DNA from: an uncultured virus (IMG/VR IMGVR_UViG_3300037245_001637) | Taxonomy: Duplodnaviria; Heunggongvirae; Uroviricota; Caudoviricetes | Reading direction: 5' to 3' (one strand) | Virus record (IMG/VR): IMGVR_UViG_3300037245_001637 | Length of the DNA stretch: 64,000 nucleotides | In this document: one piece after another, positions 42,183 to 51,295 of the stretch | How the letters are laid out: the number at the start of each line of letters is the position of its first letter | Position numbering within the stretch: position 1 is the first letter of the stretch | Notes under the pieces: model-generated | Databases searched by the model: none | What the model saw: the letters and a program-made list of their open reading frames with translations, nothing else | What the model was told of the DNA's origin: nothing | Position numbers and translations under genes: made by a program

Positions 42183-42982
42183 GTATTTTTCCTTTTTATT
42201 TCTATTTTCCACCCACCTGTTTCTTTAAGCTTCTCATTACAGCACATATTTACTTTATGTCTATCTAAATTATGTTTTTCAGCAAACTCTGATTGGTTAG
42301 TAAACTCTTCCTGATAATTATCCCATAATCTTGTCCCTACATATGTAAGTCCTGTTACCGTTTGCTTCTTATTATACCTTGCACAATTTTCCTTATGAGA
42401 TACAAATTTACACTTCTCTTTAGAGTATGCTTTATTACCATCTGCTTTTATATCTTTATCCAAATCATACTCATTAACTTTTGTATTACTTGCTTTCCAT
42501 AGGGAGTGCCCTTCTAAATGCTGAATATCTTCACAGAAGTTCTGAAAGTTGTGCCAACGCTCAGCTACTGTGCAATCTTTGTAAGTGGGATGCATTAAAT
42601 GATATTCTTCTGAGTAACATCGTCTAAGCATACTTAGCCATAAATTATATTCTTTTGTTATCTTTCCTCCCATTTTAATTTTCCATTTGCCTTGCCCGCT
42701 GAATCCTACATCCCATACAAATACCTTATTTGGATTTCTTACATCCCCTCTTCTAATATTACTATTTTCTGCTTGTACTTTAGTTCCATCTTCAAACTCT
42801 ACTATAAAATATTTATATGACTTATGTTTATTGCCTCTACTATATCCAAAATAGTATTTAGCCTCTTGTGCAATAATAGTTATTACACCACAATTATTTG
42901 TCTTATATGTACTTCCATTACAGTATGCTGTGCTTGAGTTTGTCTTTGTGGGGATATCTTCTCCACCTTCGTATAAAATCAT
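42179..42982 (-). CDS. Free-standing homing-type endonuclease (HNH-like, C-terminal NUMOD1-like HTH)
   Basis: YNLWLSMLRRCY..TYKDC..RWHNFQNFC..YDLDKD..GNKAYS..C.F; paralog of 5321-6103. Confidence 0.7.
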   Translation of the reverse strand: MILYEGGEDIPTKTNSSTAYCNGSTYKTNNCGVITIIAQEAKYYFGYSRGNKHKSYKYFIVEFEDGTKVQAENSNIRRGDVRNPNKVFVWDVGFSGQGKWKIKMGGKITKEYNLWLSMLRRCYSEEYHLMHPTYKDCTVAERWHNFQNFCEDIQHLEGHSLWKASNTKVNEYDLDKDIKADGNKAYSKEKCKFVSHKENCARYNKKQTVTGLTYVGTRLWDNYQEEFTNQSEFAEKHNLDRHKVNMCCNEKLKETGGWKIEIKRKNT

Positions 42983-43009
42983 TTGCTCTCCTTTTTTGAT
43001 TATATAATA

Positions 43010-43170
43010 GAAAAGACTCTGATTATAGTGGATTGAACCGTTTCTTAAGATGCATTACCAAATCTTAATAACTTCCACTATAATCAGAGTCTCTATATAA
43101 TCTTTATATTTTTCTCCGACTAAGGTAATGCATACAATATATAAAGAAGGTTCAGTTCTTTTTATACCTA
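43010..43170 (-). ncRNA. Endonuclease-leader structured RNA, copy C (putative)
   Basis: Perfect 19-bp inverted repeat 43014-32/43074-92; inner taagat/atctta hairpin; tgaacc(43034-39)/ggttca(43149-54); atgcattacc(43050-59)/ggtaatgcat(43124-33). Confidence 0.8.
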
Positions 43171-43175
43171 TCTCT

Positions 43176-43196
43176 ATTATACCATAGTGGGAATTT
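43176..43196 (-). promoter_or_regulatory. Leader-class extended -10 promoter AATTCCCACTATGGTATAAT
   Basis: TGnTATAAT plus conserved ATTCCCA block. Confidence 0.7.
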
Positions 43197-43254
43197 TTTT
43201 AGCCCTTCGTTTGTATTTATTAAATATTCCTTAAGTTTTTATTAAATAATTATT

Positions 43255-43278
43255 AAAAAAGCCCTTTTACAGGCTCTT
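43255..43278 (-). terminator. Intrinsic terminator
   Basis: Minus strand gagcctgtaaaagggctttttt. Confidence 0.55.
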
Positions 43279-43285
43279 CACATTT

Positions 43286-43852
43286 TTACTTCAATTTGAA
43301 TGGTGAAACAATAATCTGAGGCTCAATGTAAACTGGCTCAGGTTCGTTAGTTGCAGGGTTAAATAGCATCAACCATGTAGAACTAGAACTTGTTGGCATA
43401 TATAGGCCATTAGGATCTGCTTGTGGAGTGGTGATAGGATTGATAGCTCCGTACTCTCCTCCATCATATGTTGAAACCTTCTCTGGATTTGTGAATTGTA
43501 CACTATAAGGTATTCCAAAGCCTAAACAAGGTCCTAAATAATACCCTAATTCTCCTGTCATTGTATTAACTAGGTAGGCATGGCAAATTAAATCTGATTG
43601 ATCTCTTAACTCAAAAATCATCTTAGCTAATTTCTTCTCTTGGAAGTTTTTAACAGCAGGCATACCAATTTGATTGTTAGCTTCTGTCATTAACTGTTCT
43701 GTTCTTCTCTGTTGTACTTTCTCTGCATTACCTACTGAAGATATCTCACTATTACTATTGGCAAATACACTAACCCCACCTACTACAAATAAAACCAATA
43801 CAATAACAGCGACCACTGCTCCTTTAAAACTCTTTCTTCCATTCCTTTTCAT
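43286..43852 (-). CDS. Conserved secreted or membrane-anchored phage protein
   Basis: Signal peptide; GMP.VKNFQEK, GFGIPYSVQFTNPE, PQADPNGLY, PVYIEPQIIVSPF. Confidence 0.75.
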   Translation of the reverse strand: MKRNGRKSFKGAVVAVIVLVLFVVGGVSVFANSNSEISSVGNAEKVQQRRTEQLMTEANNQIGMPAVKNFQEKKLAKMIFELRDQSDLICHAYLVNTMTGELGYYLGPCLGFGIPYSVQFTNPEKVSTYDGGEYGAINPITTPQADPNGLYMPTSSSSTWLMLFNPATNEPEPVYIEPQIIVSPFKLK

Positions 43853-43853
43853 T

Positions 43854-44181
43854 CTAATAATCTCCTCTTCTAACTGCTCTTAAAAATGAACTTAATTCTT
43901 CATCTGCTATTCTATCTGGATCGTAATCACTAAATTGATGATAGCATCTCTTTTTCATTGGGATCTTTACTCCTATTAAACTCTGCCCAAGACTTAACTA
44001 GATCTTGTAACTTCCCTTCATTATAGGTTGTTGTCTCCTTAAACACCTTTCTTTCTATGTTAGCTCCTCTGGTTTTAAAAAACCCTTCAGTAGATTGACT
44101 ACAAGTTCTTACTCCGAACCCTATAACCAAAATCAAAACTAACAATCCAATTCCTTTTAGAACTAATTTTACATTTTCCAT
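43854..44181 (-). CDS. Membrane-anchored hypothetical protein, apparently frameshifted near 43935
   Basis: ORF stops at 43930, but a second frame (HQFSDYDPDRIADEELSSFLRAVRRGDY) fills the gap to the next gene. Confidence 0.55.
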
Positions 44182-44212
44182 TCTTTTTCTCCTCTATCTT
44201 TAATCTTTCTAT

Positions 44213-44241
44213 ATATTATCATGAATGATATTTCATGTCAA
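44213..44241 (-). promoter_or_regulatory. Sigma70-type promoter TTGACA-N17-TAATAT
   Basis: Boxes read directly from the sequence. Confidence 0.6.
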
Positions 44242-44442
44242 TACCTTTTTATGTTATTTCTCCCCAATAATAACTATCAACAAAATCAATAAATCTCCTA
44301 GAGTGTATAACCATAGTTCTATAATTACTTTCAGATATTCTTTCACAATCATATTCCTTTTGTAAGTATCTTCTATATTCCTCTACCAATTCTATTGTGA
44401 ATGATAACTTATGAGTGTCTACAATTAGTTTGTCTTTTGGCA

Positions 44443-45438
44443 TTATAATCCTGCCTGTTCATCTAAATAACTAATAAACCAATTTCTAGCTTTCATACCT
44501 AAAGGTCTTCCAATATCTTTAGGTTCTAACCCATTCTCATTCATAGTATCCATTTCTTCTGCTATAACATCTTTAGATACCCAACTCAAAAAGTCTCTCA
44601 TCATTTTAATATTTGGTTCTGTACCTGTACTCATAAATACCTGTTCCACTCCTTGATTTAATCTATTTTCAGTAATGGCATACTCTATAAAAGCTTCAAC
44701 AGATTTCACCTTCTCGACATCAACAGCAGCTATAGTCTTAACTCGACTTGCCGAGTGCAAACTTCCTTTACATTTAAAGATATAGTCTCTATGTCCATTC
44801 TCATCATAATGACAGAATACAATTCCTTCCCCTATTCCAGATACATCAAAATATTTTCCAACTGGACACTCCGCTTCCACTTGCTGAACCATATCTACAA
44901 TCTTTGCTTGTGCTAATTGAGGAATATTAAAATCAATATCTACTGTGTATTTAGGAAACATGTTTGAATTGAATATTTTATTATCAGGTGAACTTAAATC
45001 TGTTTTTTCATAAGAGTGTATTTCCCCATCTTCTAAACACGTGTACTTTATAGCAAAAATCACAAACATCTTTTCTAACTGATTTAAAGCTACTCCCTTT
45101 TGAATATTCCCACCTGCCCATTCTCCAAATATTGTTGCAATAAATCCTTCTCTTGAAATTTCTTTCATCCAAGTCTCAAATAACTCTTTATTACTATCCA
45201 CGAAAAAAGCAAAGCCAGAATTATCTTTCTCTATAGTAATAATATTCTTTCTACTCTGTGCCCATAATCCATCTTCTTTGGAATAGGATATTCCTGCATT
45301 TGTTCCGTGTAATTTTACTGTCCCTTCAAACGTTAATGTTGGGAACTCTGTTCTTGGTTCTTCTGGATTCACATAACATACATCTCTTATAACTTTTCTA
45401 AACTGATCTATTTTTGTAAACTTTTGCATTGTTTTCAT
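44443..45438 (-). CDS. RNA ligase, Rnl2 family
   Basis: Motif I TVKLHGTNA, QSR, IFGEWAGGNIQKG, GEGIV, FKCKG. Confidence 0.88.
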   Translation of the reverse strand: MKTMQKFTKIDQFRKVIRDVCYVNPEEPRTEFPTLTFEGTVKLHGTNAGISYSKEDGLWAQSRKNIITIEKDNSGFAFFVDSNKELFETWMKEISREGFIATIFGEWAGGNIQKGVALNQLEKMFVIFAIKYTCLEDGEIHSYEKTDLSSPDNKIFNSNMFPKYTVDIDFNIPQLAQAKIVDMVQQVEAECPVGKYFDVSGIGEGIVFCHYDENGHRDYIFKCKGSLHSASRVKTIAAVDVEKVKSVEAFIEYAITENRLNQGVEQVFMSTGTEPNIKMMRDFLSWVSKDVIAEEMDTMNENGLEPKDIGRPLGMKARNWFISYLDEQAGL

Positions 45439-45450
45439 TCTATTTCTCCT

Positions 45451-46395
45451 CTAAGCTTTTGTTAATAATTTTTCATATGTCAGGTTAGCTTTTAGCTTCT
45501 CTAACATCCCTACTTTATTCTTTCTTAAAGAAAATAGATATGGATGTAAAGGTTTTCCCATATACTTTATGATTGCTTGTGCAAATGCCTTATCACTTGT
45601 ATATTCCTCACTCCATTCTTTCTCTAGTTGTTTTAGTGATTCAACTACATCTAAGTGTGCTTCATACTTAACTCTGACCTCATTAAATATCTCTGTATAT
45701 TCAGGATAATAAATCAATAACTCCTTAGACTCTCCGCTAATAACTAGTTTTAACATTCTATCCTTAGATAGTACTCCATTGTTGTTCATATGATGTAAAT
45801 TCAAATAAGCCAATGATTTAACCTTTACTCTTGCCCACTGATCATCTAAAACAACATAACCTTCATCGTCAAACGGTAATTCTTCTGAGGTCTTAACCAT
45901 ATCCTCAAAGGTATTAAATGCATACTCTTTAGGCTTCTTAATTCCAATATCTACATTACTTTCTAAGCCTGTTAAATTGTTTCTCGTCCCTATATGAGTA
46001 ATACTTATTTCCTTATGCGGAACAACTACCCTATTATATGGTGAAGTAACTTCAAATATATAGGTTAGTGCTTTGTCTAATGCATCTATGTCTAAATCCT
46101 GCTCTGATGATGCTTTTGAAAATAAGTGACCAAAAGTATTTAATCCATCAGGACCTATCATAGGTAGATCTGTTTTGTATGCATCTATTACTCCGTTAGT
46201 TGCTGTGCACCATTGTCCATAGTAACAAAATAATTTCATTATAGATCCATCTACCTTCTCTAATATTTTAGCTGAGTTCCAATCTATTTTATGTGCTCTT
46301 CCATCATTATAGTTAAAAAACTTATCAAATGCGTGAGCTACAACAAAAGGATTTAGTCTATCCGCTACATCTACAATAATTCCTCTGCCTGTCTT
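45451..46395 (-). CDS. T4 Rnl1-like RNA ligase; open frame extends to 46395 without an ATG (N-terminus missing or non-canonical start)
   Basis: In frame upstream of the track start: RGIIVD, AFDKFFNY, motif I EKVDGS; downstream FEVTSPYNRVVV, EGYVV, RVKVKS. Confidence 0.8.
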   Translation of the reverse strand, partial: KTGRGIIVDVADRLNPFVVAHAFDKFFNYNDGRAHKIDWNSAKILEKVDGSIMKLFCYYGQWCTATNGVIDAYKTDLPMIGPDGLNTFGHLFSKASSEQDLDIDALDKALTYIFEVTSPYNRVVVPHKEISITHIGTRNNLTGLESNVDIGIKKPKEYAFNTFEDMVKTSEELPFDDEGYVVLDDQWARVKVKSLAYLNLHHMNNNGVLSKDRMLKLVISGESKELLIYYPEYTEIFNEVRVKYEAHLDVVESLKQLEKEWSEEYTSDKAFAQAIIKYMGKPLHPYLFSLRKNKVGMLEKLKANLTYEKLLTKA

Positions 46396-46712
46396 TTAAG
46401 CTTTCGCTGTTCATCATGGTACTCTATATCCTCACCAATATACACCCTGTCTCTTAAATCATCACCATAATTTCTATAGATACTATATATTTCTGTCCAA
46501 CCATAAGTATTAAAATCCCCTGATACTAAATTAAAGATCTTTTCAGTTAAATTTAATTCATCCTTCAATAATACAAGTTTTTTAAGATTCTCTTTTCTCA
46601 ATATCTCATGTTTTGTTATCCATTCCAATTCATGCATAGCTTTTTTCTTTGCTAATATTTCATCTAACTTTCTCTGGTTCTCTTCAAATATGTTTTTCGT
46701 TATTTTTCTCAT
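46371..46712 (-). CDS. Hypothetical protein
   Basis: GAGGGG RBS; directly behind a promoter. Confidence 0.6.
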   Translation of the reverse strand: MRKITKNIFEENQRKLDEILAKKKAMHELEWITKHEILRKENLKKLVLLKDELNLTEKIFNLVSGDFNTYGWTEIYSIYRNYGDDLRDRVYIGEDIEYHDEQRKLKRQAEELL

Positions 46713-46737
46713 TTAATACCCCTCTCTTTATGATTTA

Positions 46738-46766
46738 ATAATATACTAGTAAGTATTCTTTGTCAA
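46738..46766 (-). promoter_or_regulatory. Sigma70-type promoter TTGACA-N17-TATTAT
   Basis: Boxes read directly from the sequence. Confidence 0.7.
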
Positions 46767-46807
46767 GTGGTTTAAATAAAAAAGAACCTTTTTACAGGCT
46801 CTCTTGT

Positions 46808-47206
46808 TTACTTATATAATATGAACTTTGGGCCATGAGCAAAACTTCCATTGTATCTTTTGAAATGAATTTCATATTCAGAAGTATCATCAAAGTGTAA
46901 ATCTATCTTATTAGTATTACAATATTCCCCTTTAAACTTGTTCCAAGTCATATCATCCCAATAAGGTCTATTGTGTTCATCGTATCCAAGGGGATCGAGC
47001 TCTTCCATAAGGGAATCTTGTACTGAAACCAAGTGTGTCCAAAACTTCTTTCCCTTATTATAATTTTTTAATCCCGTGACTAATTCTTCAGTTATAGTCA
47101 CACCTGTAATAATATGCACTTCTTCCCATATTTTACATTTAGCTAACTCTACAAATTTATCTGTGTGGGTGTCTAAAATTCCATGAATGTCTAAGCCTAG
47201 TTTCAT
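46808..47206 (-). CDS. HAD-superfamily phosphatase-like protein
   Basis: LGLDIHGIL (motif I variant), IITG, K..YC..IDLHFDD. Confidence 0.65.
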   Translation of the reverse strand: MKLGLDIHGILDTHTDKFVELAKCKIWEEVHIITGVTITEELVTGLKNYNKGKKFWTHLVSVQDSLMEELDPLGYDEHNRPYWDDMTWNKFKGEYCNTNKIDLHFDDTSEYEIHFKRYNGSFAHGPKFILYK

Positions 47207-48393
47207 TTAATCCTCTCAGCTAAGTTGAATACAGCTCTGATATAATCTTCTGCTATTGGGTAAACACAAACACTTTTTCCTGGTGAATCTGATACCTTAA
47301 GAGTTGGGTGGCCATTACATCTAGTCATTTTAATAACAATCTGTAAAGGCGTTACATCTGGTATATCATTACTAAGTGATGTACCAATTCCAAAAGTACA
47401 GTTGATCTTACCTTTAAATCTTTCCCAAATCTCTCTTGCTTTAGATACTGTTAAACCATCACTCCAAATAAGTGTTTTAGTCTTAGGGTCTATGTTATGT
47501 TTTTCATAATTTTTTATAGCTTTTTCTCCCCATTCAAAAACATCCCCCGAATCTTGTCTAAGTCCGTCATAAAGTTTTAAATCAGAATAACTAAAATCCT
47601 CTAAAAACTTATCAAACGTGTAGGTGTCGGATAAGGCAATTAAATTGGAATCACTAAATTCCTCTGCCCATTTCTTAAACATATACTTCTGAGAGTTCTG
47701 TACAGATGTATCTTTCATACCAACCCCAGCGCAAATTACCTGATGACTCATTGTACCAATTGGTTCTAAATCTAGCTCCATAGCTAATTTAACATTGCTT
47801 GTCCCTTTAAAGTTTGGAAGTGTACTTAATTTTGTAACTACTTCTTCCTGCCATGATCTTGAAAATCTTCTTCTTGTTCCAAAATCAGAGAATGGAAAAC
47901 CTGTTTCTAAAGCATATTCATATTTTTCATTTAAAACTTCTCTAGCTTCCACCTGTAGATTAGTGTAATTTTCTTGTGATTTCATGTACATCTCTGTATG
48001 ATAAAAATAAACCTCATTAACAATAGCTAATATAGGGACTTCAAACATAACTGTATCTACCCAAGATCCTATAATCTTAATTCTTAATTGATCATCAGAT
48101 ATTATAATAGTTATGTTATGTCTATTTAATCTAAATCCCTGTAAGAACTCAATAAAGTCTTGTGTTATTGCTGGTTGTTTTCTTAAAAACATTAGTTCTC
48201 TGTTTGTAAAATCTAATGTGCATAAATAATCTACTTGATTGTGTATATCATTTAGCATAGCCTCATTCCATACAATGCCTTTATTTCTACATGTAAAGTC
48301 ATACTCAACCTGAGTATCTCTAAACTGGTGGTAAGCAAATTTTTGAACTGAAAAAGTATAAAAATCTGTGTCTAATAAACTCTCTATAATCAT
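47203..48393 (-). CDS. pncB: Nicotinate phosphoribosyltransferase
   Basis: SLLDTDFY, FEVPILAIV, DFGTRRRFS, GTSNV, GTMSH (phospho-His), GLRQDSGD, FGIGT, IVIKM..KVSDSPGK. Confidence 0.93.
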   Translation of the reverse strand: MIIESLLDTDFYTFSVQKFAYHQFRDTQVEYDFTCRNKGIVWNEAMLNDIHNQVDYLCTLDFTNRELMFLRKQPAITQDFIEFLQGFRLNRHNITIIISDDQLRIKIIGSWVDTVMFEVPILAIVNEVYFYHTEMYMKSQENYTNLQVEAREVLNEKYEYALETGFPFSDFGTRRRFSRSWQEEVVTKLSTLPNFKGTSNVKLAMELDLEPIGTMSHQVICAGVGMKDTSVQNSQKYMFKKWAEEFSDSNLIALSDTYTFDKFLEDFSYSDLKLYDGLRQDSGDVFEWGEKAIKNYEKHNIDPKTKTLIWSDGLTVSKAREIWERFKGKINCTFGIGTSLSNDIPDVTPLQIVIKMTRCNGHPTLKVSDSPGKSVCVYPIAEDYIRAVFNLAERIK

Positions 48394-48404
48394 CTTTGTT
48401 CTCC

Positions 48405-50246
48405 TTATCTCTCTATTTCTAATATCTTGCTTTTTAAAGAATCATATAATAAACTAGACTCCCAAGCAAACTGACTCTCTCTATGATCATAACCATAACA
48501 TGATTTAGATAACATTACAATAGGTGGAGCTTGAATTCTTTTAAATATAGCTTTTTGTATAGATTTAACAAACCATTCTAAGTCTTGCATGAATACCTCG
48601 GGATCTCTTAAATTATATTTCTCATATAGAGTAATAGGTAAGTTCATCTTATCACATAATTCATTGTCTAAATACCATTGCATAAAGTCCTCTGCTGAAT
48701 ATTTCTTGTAAGACATTAGCATCTCAATCATTCTATCATGATACCCAAACTTCATTGGGTCTAATTGAGCTTCTTTTAATTCTGCTGAAGGGGCTATACC
48801 CTCTAATCCGAAGTTAAAGTTCTCATCAGGAATCATGGACGAAGGAATAGTTTCCCCAAAAGTATCATTTATATATCTACACATCTCAAATACTTCTGCT
48901 TTAGTTAAATCTCCGATAGGACAGAATAGACCATTCATATCGCCATAAATCGTGCAGTACCCCGTTGCTATCTCTAACTTATTTCCATTGTTCGTCATTA
49001 CCCCCTTATGAATAGCTGTTAAATTAGACAAAATAGATGTTCCTCTAATTTTAGCTTGCATATTCTCCTCTACCAAAGAGGACAATTTAACATCTCTTCC
49101 TTGTTTTAAAGCTCTAATATTAGTTTCTACAAGATTTTGTATAGGAAGGACTCCATAATCTATACCCAAAGTGTGAGCTAAATCATACGCAGCATCTTTA
49201 GTCTTTTCAGAATTATATTCAGAAGGCATATTGTAACCTATTACTCTATCCTTACCTAGTGCGTGAACTGCTAAAGTAGTTGTTAAGGCAGAATCGATAC
49301 CACCTGAAATTCCCATTATATAGTTTGGTTTCCATTCCATCATCTCATCCATGCCCTGATAAGCTCTGATAATGGCTTTATACTTAGCCTTTATTTTTTC
49401 ATCATAAGAAAGATATGATTCTATTGGACGAGTATTTATTTCGGAATAGTTATAGTGTACTAGCCCTTCTTCAAACATATCTAAGGGACTTTCTAACGGA
49501 TAGCCATTAGGTGTGAATGCTCTGGAATCCCCGTCAAAAGTAACTATATTTTTACCATTGTTTTGTACACCACAGGCATTAACATATAAGAATGGAACCA
49601 TAGTACTACATAAATTTATAGTATTGCATATATCTGCGACTCTTCTATCTCTTGCTCTGTTTTTGCCATCTGTCCATGGAGAACAAGATATATTTATAAT
49701 TAAACTTGATCCAAGATTTACTAACCTGCTTGTAACAGTATTATAATAATCACCATCCCACATGTCTTCACAGATCTCCACACCAATCTCTGTTCCATTA
49801 TTAAGCTTTATTGGTTCATTCTGTGTCCACTCATTACTTGATATAAAATATCTTTTATCATCAAATATTCTATAGTTAGGTAAATTAGTTTTATGTACTA
49901 TTCCTTTTAATTCCTTATCTTCAAAAACATAAGCTGAATTCATTAATCCTTGTCTTCCGTCTTCTCCTTTTTCATGATCTAATCTGAACACATTTCCATA
50001 AATTAGGATTATGCCTTCTGAGGCCTCTAGTAAGATAGCATTAAAAGACAATAGATTATCTATATATGCTGAATTAGACCACTTATCTCCAACTAAATAA
50101 CCTCCGACAGCCATTTCAGGGAATGCTATGATATCTGAACCTAATTCCTTAGCTTCTTCAATCATTTCTAGCATTCTCTTAACATTCTTCTTAGGTCTTC
50201 CTGCTTTAACATCTAGTTGGGCTAGAGATATCTTTGGATTAGTCAT
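48405..50246 (-). CDS. nadE: Glutamine-dependent NAD+ synthetase
   Basis: Nitrilase triad FPEM / HKTNLPNY / EICEDMW; synthetase GISGGIDS, ENMQAKIRG, GNKLE..GYCTIYGD, PSAEL. Confidence 0.95.
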   Translation of the reverse strand: MTNPKISLAQLDVKAGRPKKNVKRMLEMIEEAKELGSDIIAFPEMAVGGYLVGDKWSNSAYIDNLLSFNAILLEASEGIILIYGNVFRLDHEKGEDGRQGLMNSAYVFEDKELKGIVHKTNLPNYRIFDDKRYFISSNEWTQNEPIKLNNGTEIGVEICEDMWDGDYYNTVTSRLVNLGSSLIINISCSPWTDGKNRARDRRVADICNTINLCSTMVPFLYVNACGVQNNGKNIVTFDGDSRAFTPNGYPLESPLDMFEEGLVHYNYSEINTRPIESYLSYDEKIKAKYKAIIRAYQGMDEMMEWKPNYIMGISGGIDSALTTTLAVHALGKDRVIGYNMPSEYNSEKTKDAAYDLAHTLGIDYGVLPIQNLVETNIRALKQGRDVKLSSLVEENMQAKIRGTSILSNLTAIHKGVMTNNGNKLEIATGYCTIYGDMNGLFCPIGDLTKAEVFEMCRYINDTFGETIPSSMIPDENFNFGLEGIAPSAELKEAQLDPMKFGYHDRMIEMLMSYKKYSAEDFMQWYLDNELCDKMNLPITLYEKYNLRDPEVFMQDLEWFVKSIQKAIFKRIQAPPIVMLSKSCYGYDHRESQFAWESSLLYDSLKSKILEIER

Positions 50247-50808
50247 TTATAACCTCTTCTGTAGTATACCCAATCTCAATATCTAAATCCATTAAATCCT
50301 GTTCAGTCTTCTGTGCTGATTCAGGAGATAAAGCCCCGCAAGCATCTAAAATTACCGTCACATCATCAAAATACTCTTTAGCATCTTTAGCTGTATTATA
50401 CACGCATACTTCTAATGCAAGACCAGTGATGTAAATTTGTACATCATTCTCTAAGTTATCTATCAAAGCTTTTAGGCCTGTTTCTTCTACACCATTTTCA
50501 TTTTTAAACGCTGAATAGCTATCTGCCTCTGGGTTCATTCCTTTTCTTAAGATATGCTTGATATGTGTTTGTTTTAGGTAAGGGGATAACTCTGCTCCTT
50601 TAGTTCCCCACACACAGTGTATAGGCCAATCAATAAATGCCTTCTTATGGAATGGGGGATGCCAGTCTTGCGTTGCTATAACTAAATCAAACAGTCCTGA
50701 GTTCGTTAACCTATTTACATTTGGGATAATATTCTCTGCGTTTGGTACAGCTAAACTCCCTGTAATGAAATCTTTTTGCAAATCTACTATAATTAATACT
50801 TTCTTCAT
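50239..50808 (-). CDS. pncA: Nicotinamidase
   Basis: VDLQKDF, TQDWHP..H, WPIHCV, LRKG, YSAF, GLALEVCV (D-K-C triad). Confidence 0.93.
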   Translation of the reverse strand: MKKVLIIVDLQKDFITGSLAVPNAENIIPNVNRLTNSGLFDLVIATQDWHPPFHKKAFIDWPIHCVWGTKGAELSPYLKQTHIKHILRKGMNPEADSYSAFKNENGVEETGLKALIDNLENDVQIYITGLALEVCVYNTAKDAKEYFDDVTVILDACGALSPESAQKTEQDLMDLDIEIGYTTEEVIND

Positions 50809-50821
50809 TTATTTCTCCTCT

Positions 50822-51094
50822 CTAAACCTCTAATTTCCATATAGATTCCCTTGCAACGAAGTCATAGCCAACAGGAAGATTATCTATAAAATAGCAATCT
50901 CCATCGGATATGTCCCACTCATCTGAGTATGTGGGTTTTTCTGCAAATAAGTGTACCATTCTCTCATCATCTATTGTTATGTATGTTAACTCTGTATATT
51001 CTATAAATACAGAGAAATTAGTCACTAAAGTCTTTATATACTCCTCTACATTCTTATCTGTTATAACTCTTTTTCCAACTGTTACTTTCTTCAT
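50822..51094 (-). CDS. Hypothetical protein
   Basis: GAAGGAG RBS; ATGA overlap with the upstream ORF. Confidence 0.6.
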   Translation of the reverse strand: MKKVTVGKRVITDKNVEEYIKTLVTNFSVFIEYTELTYITIDDERMVHLFAEKPTYSDEWDISDGDCYFIDNLPVGYDFVARESIWKLEV

Positions 51095-51264
51095 TTTTTC
51101 TCCTTCATCTTCGTATATTCTTTAATTGCAATCTCTTGCACCTCTTCCTTGATACCCTCTTTTTCTAAGAAGTCATCAAAGGTGGGTCTTTTCTTATTTA
51201 TCTTCTGTCTTTTTAATTTCTTTAATAAGTTTAACATTATTTCTCCTCTCTTATTTATATTAAA

Positions 51265-51293
51265 ACTATACATTATTTAATTATTTGTGTCAA
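51265..51293 (-). promoter_or_regulatory. Sigma70-type promoter TTGACA-N17-TATAGT upstream of pncA-nadE-pncB
   Basis: Boxes read directly from the sequence. Confidence 0.7.
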
Positions 51294-51295
51294 TA

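Noticed and set aside
43010..43170. Leader RNA as HEARO/omegaRNA (IscB system)
   Set aside because: The associated proteins show no RuvC or PLMP motifs, and they belong to three different families
47203..48393. Nampt/NadV (NARP2) assignment
   Set aside because: The motifs (SLLDTD, DFGTRRRFS, GTMSH, KVSDSPGK) and the neighbouring PncA and NadE fit PncB
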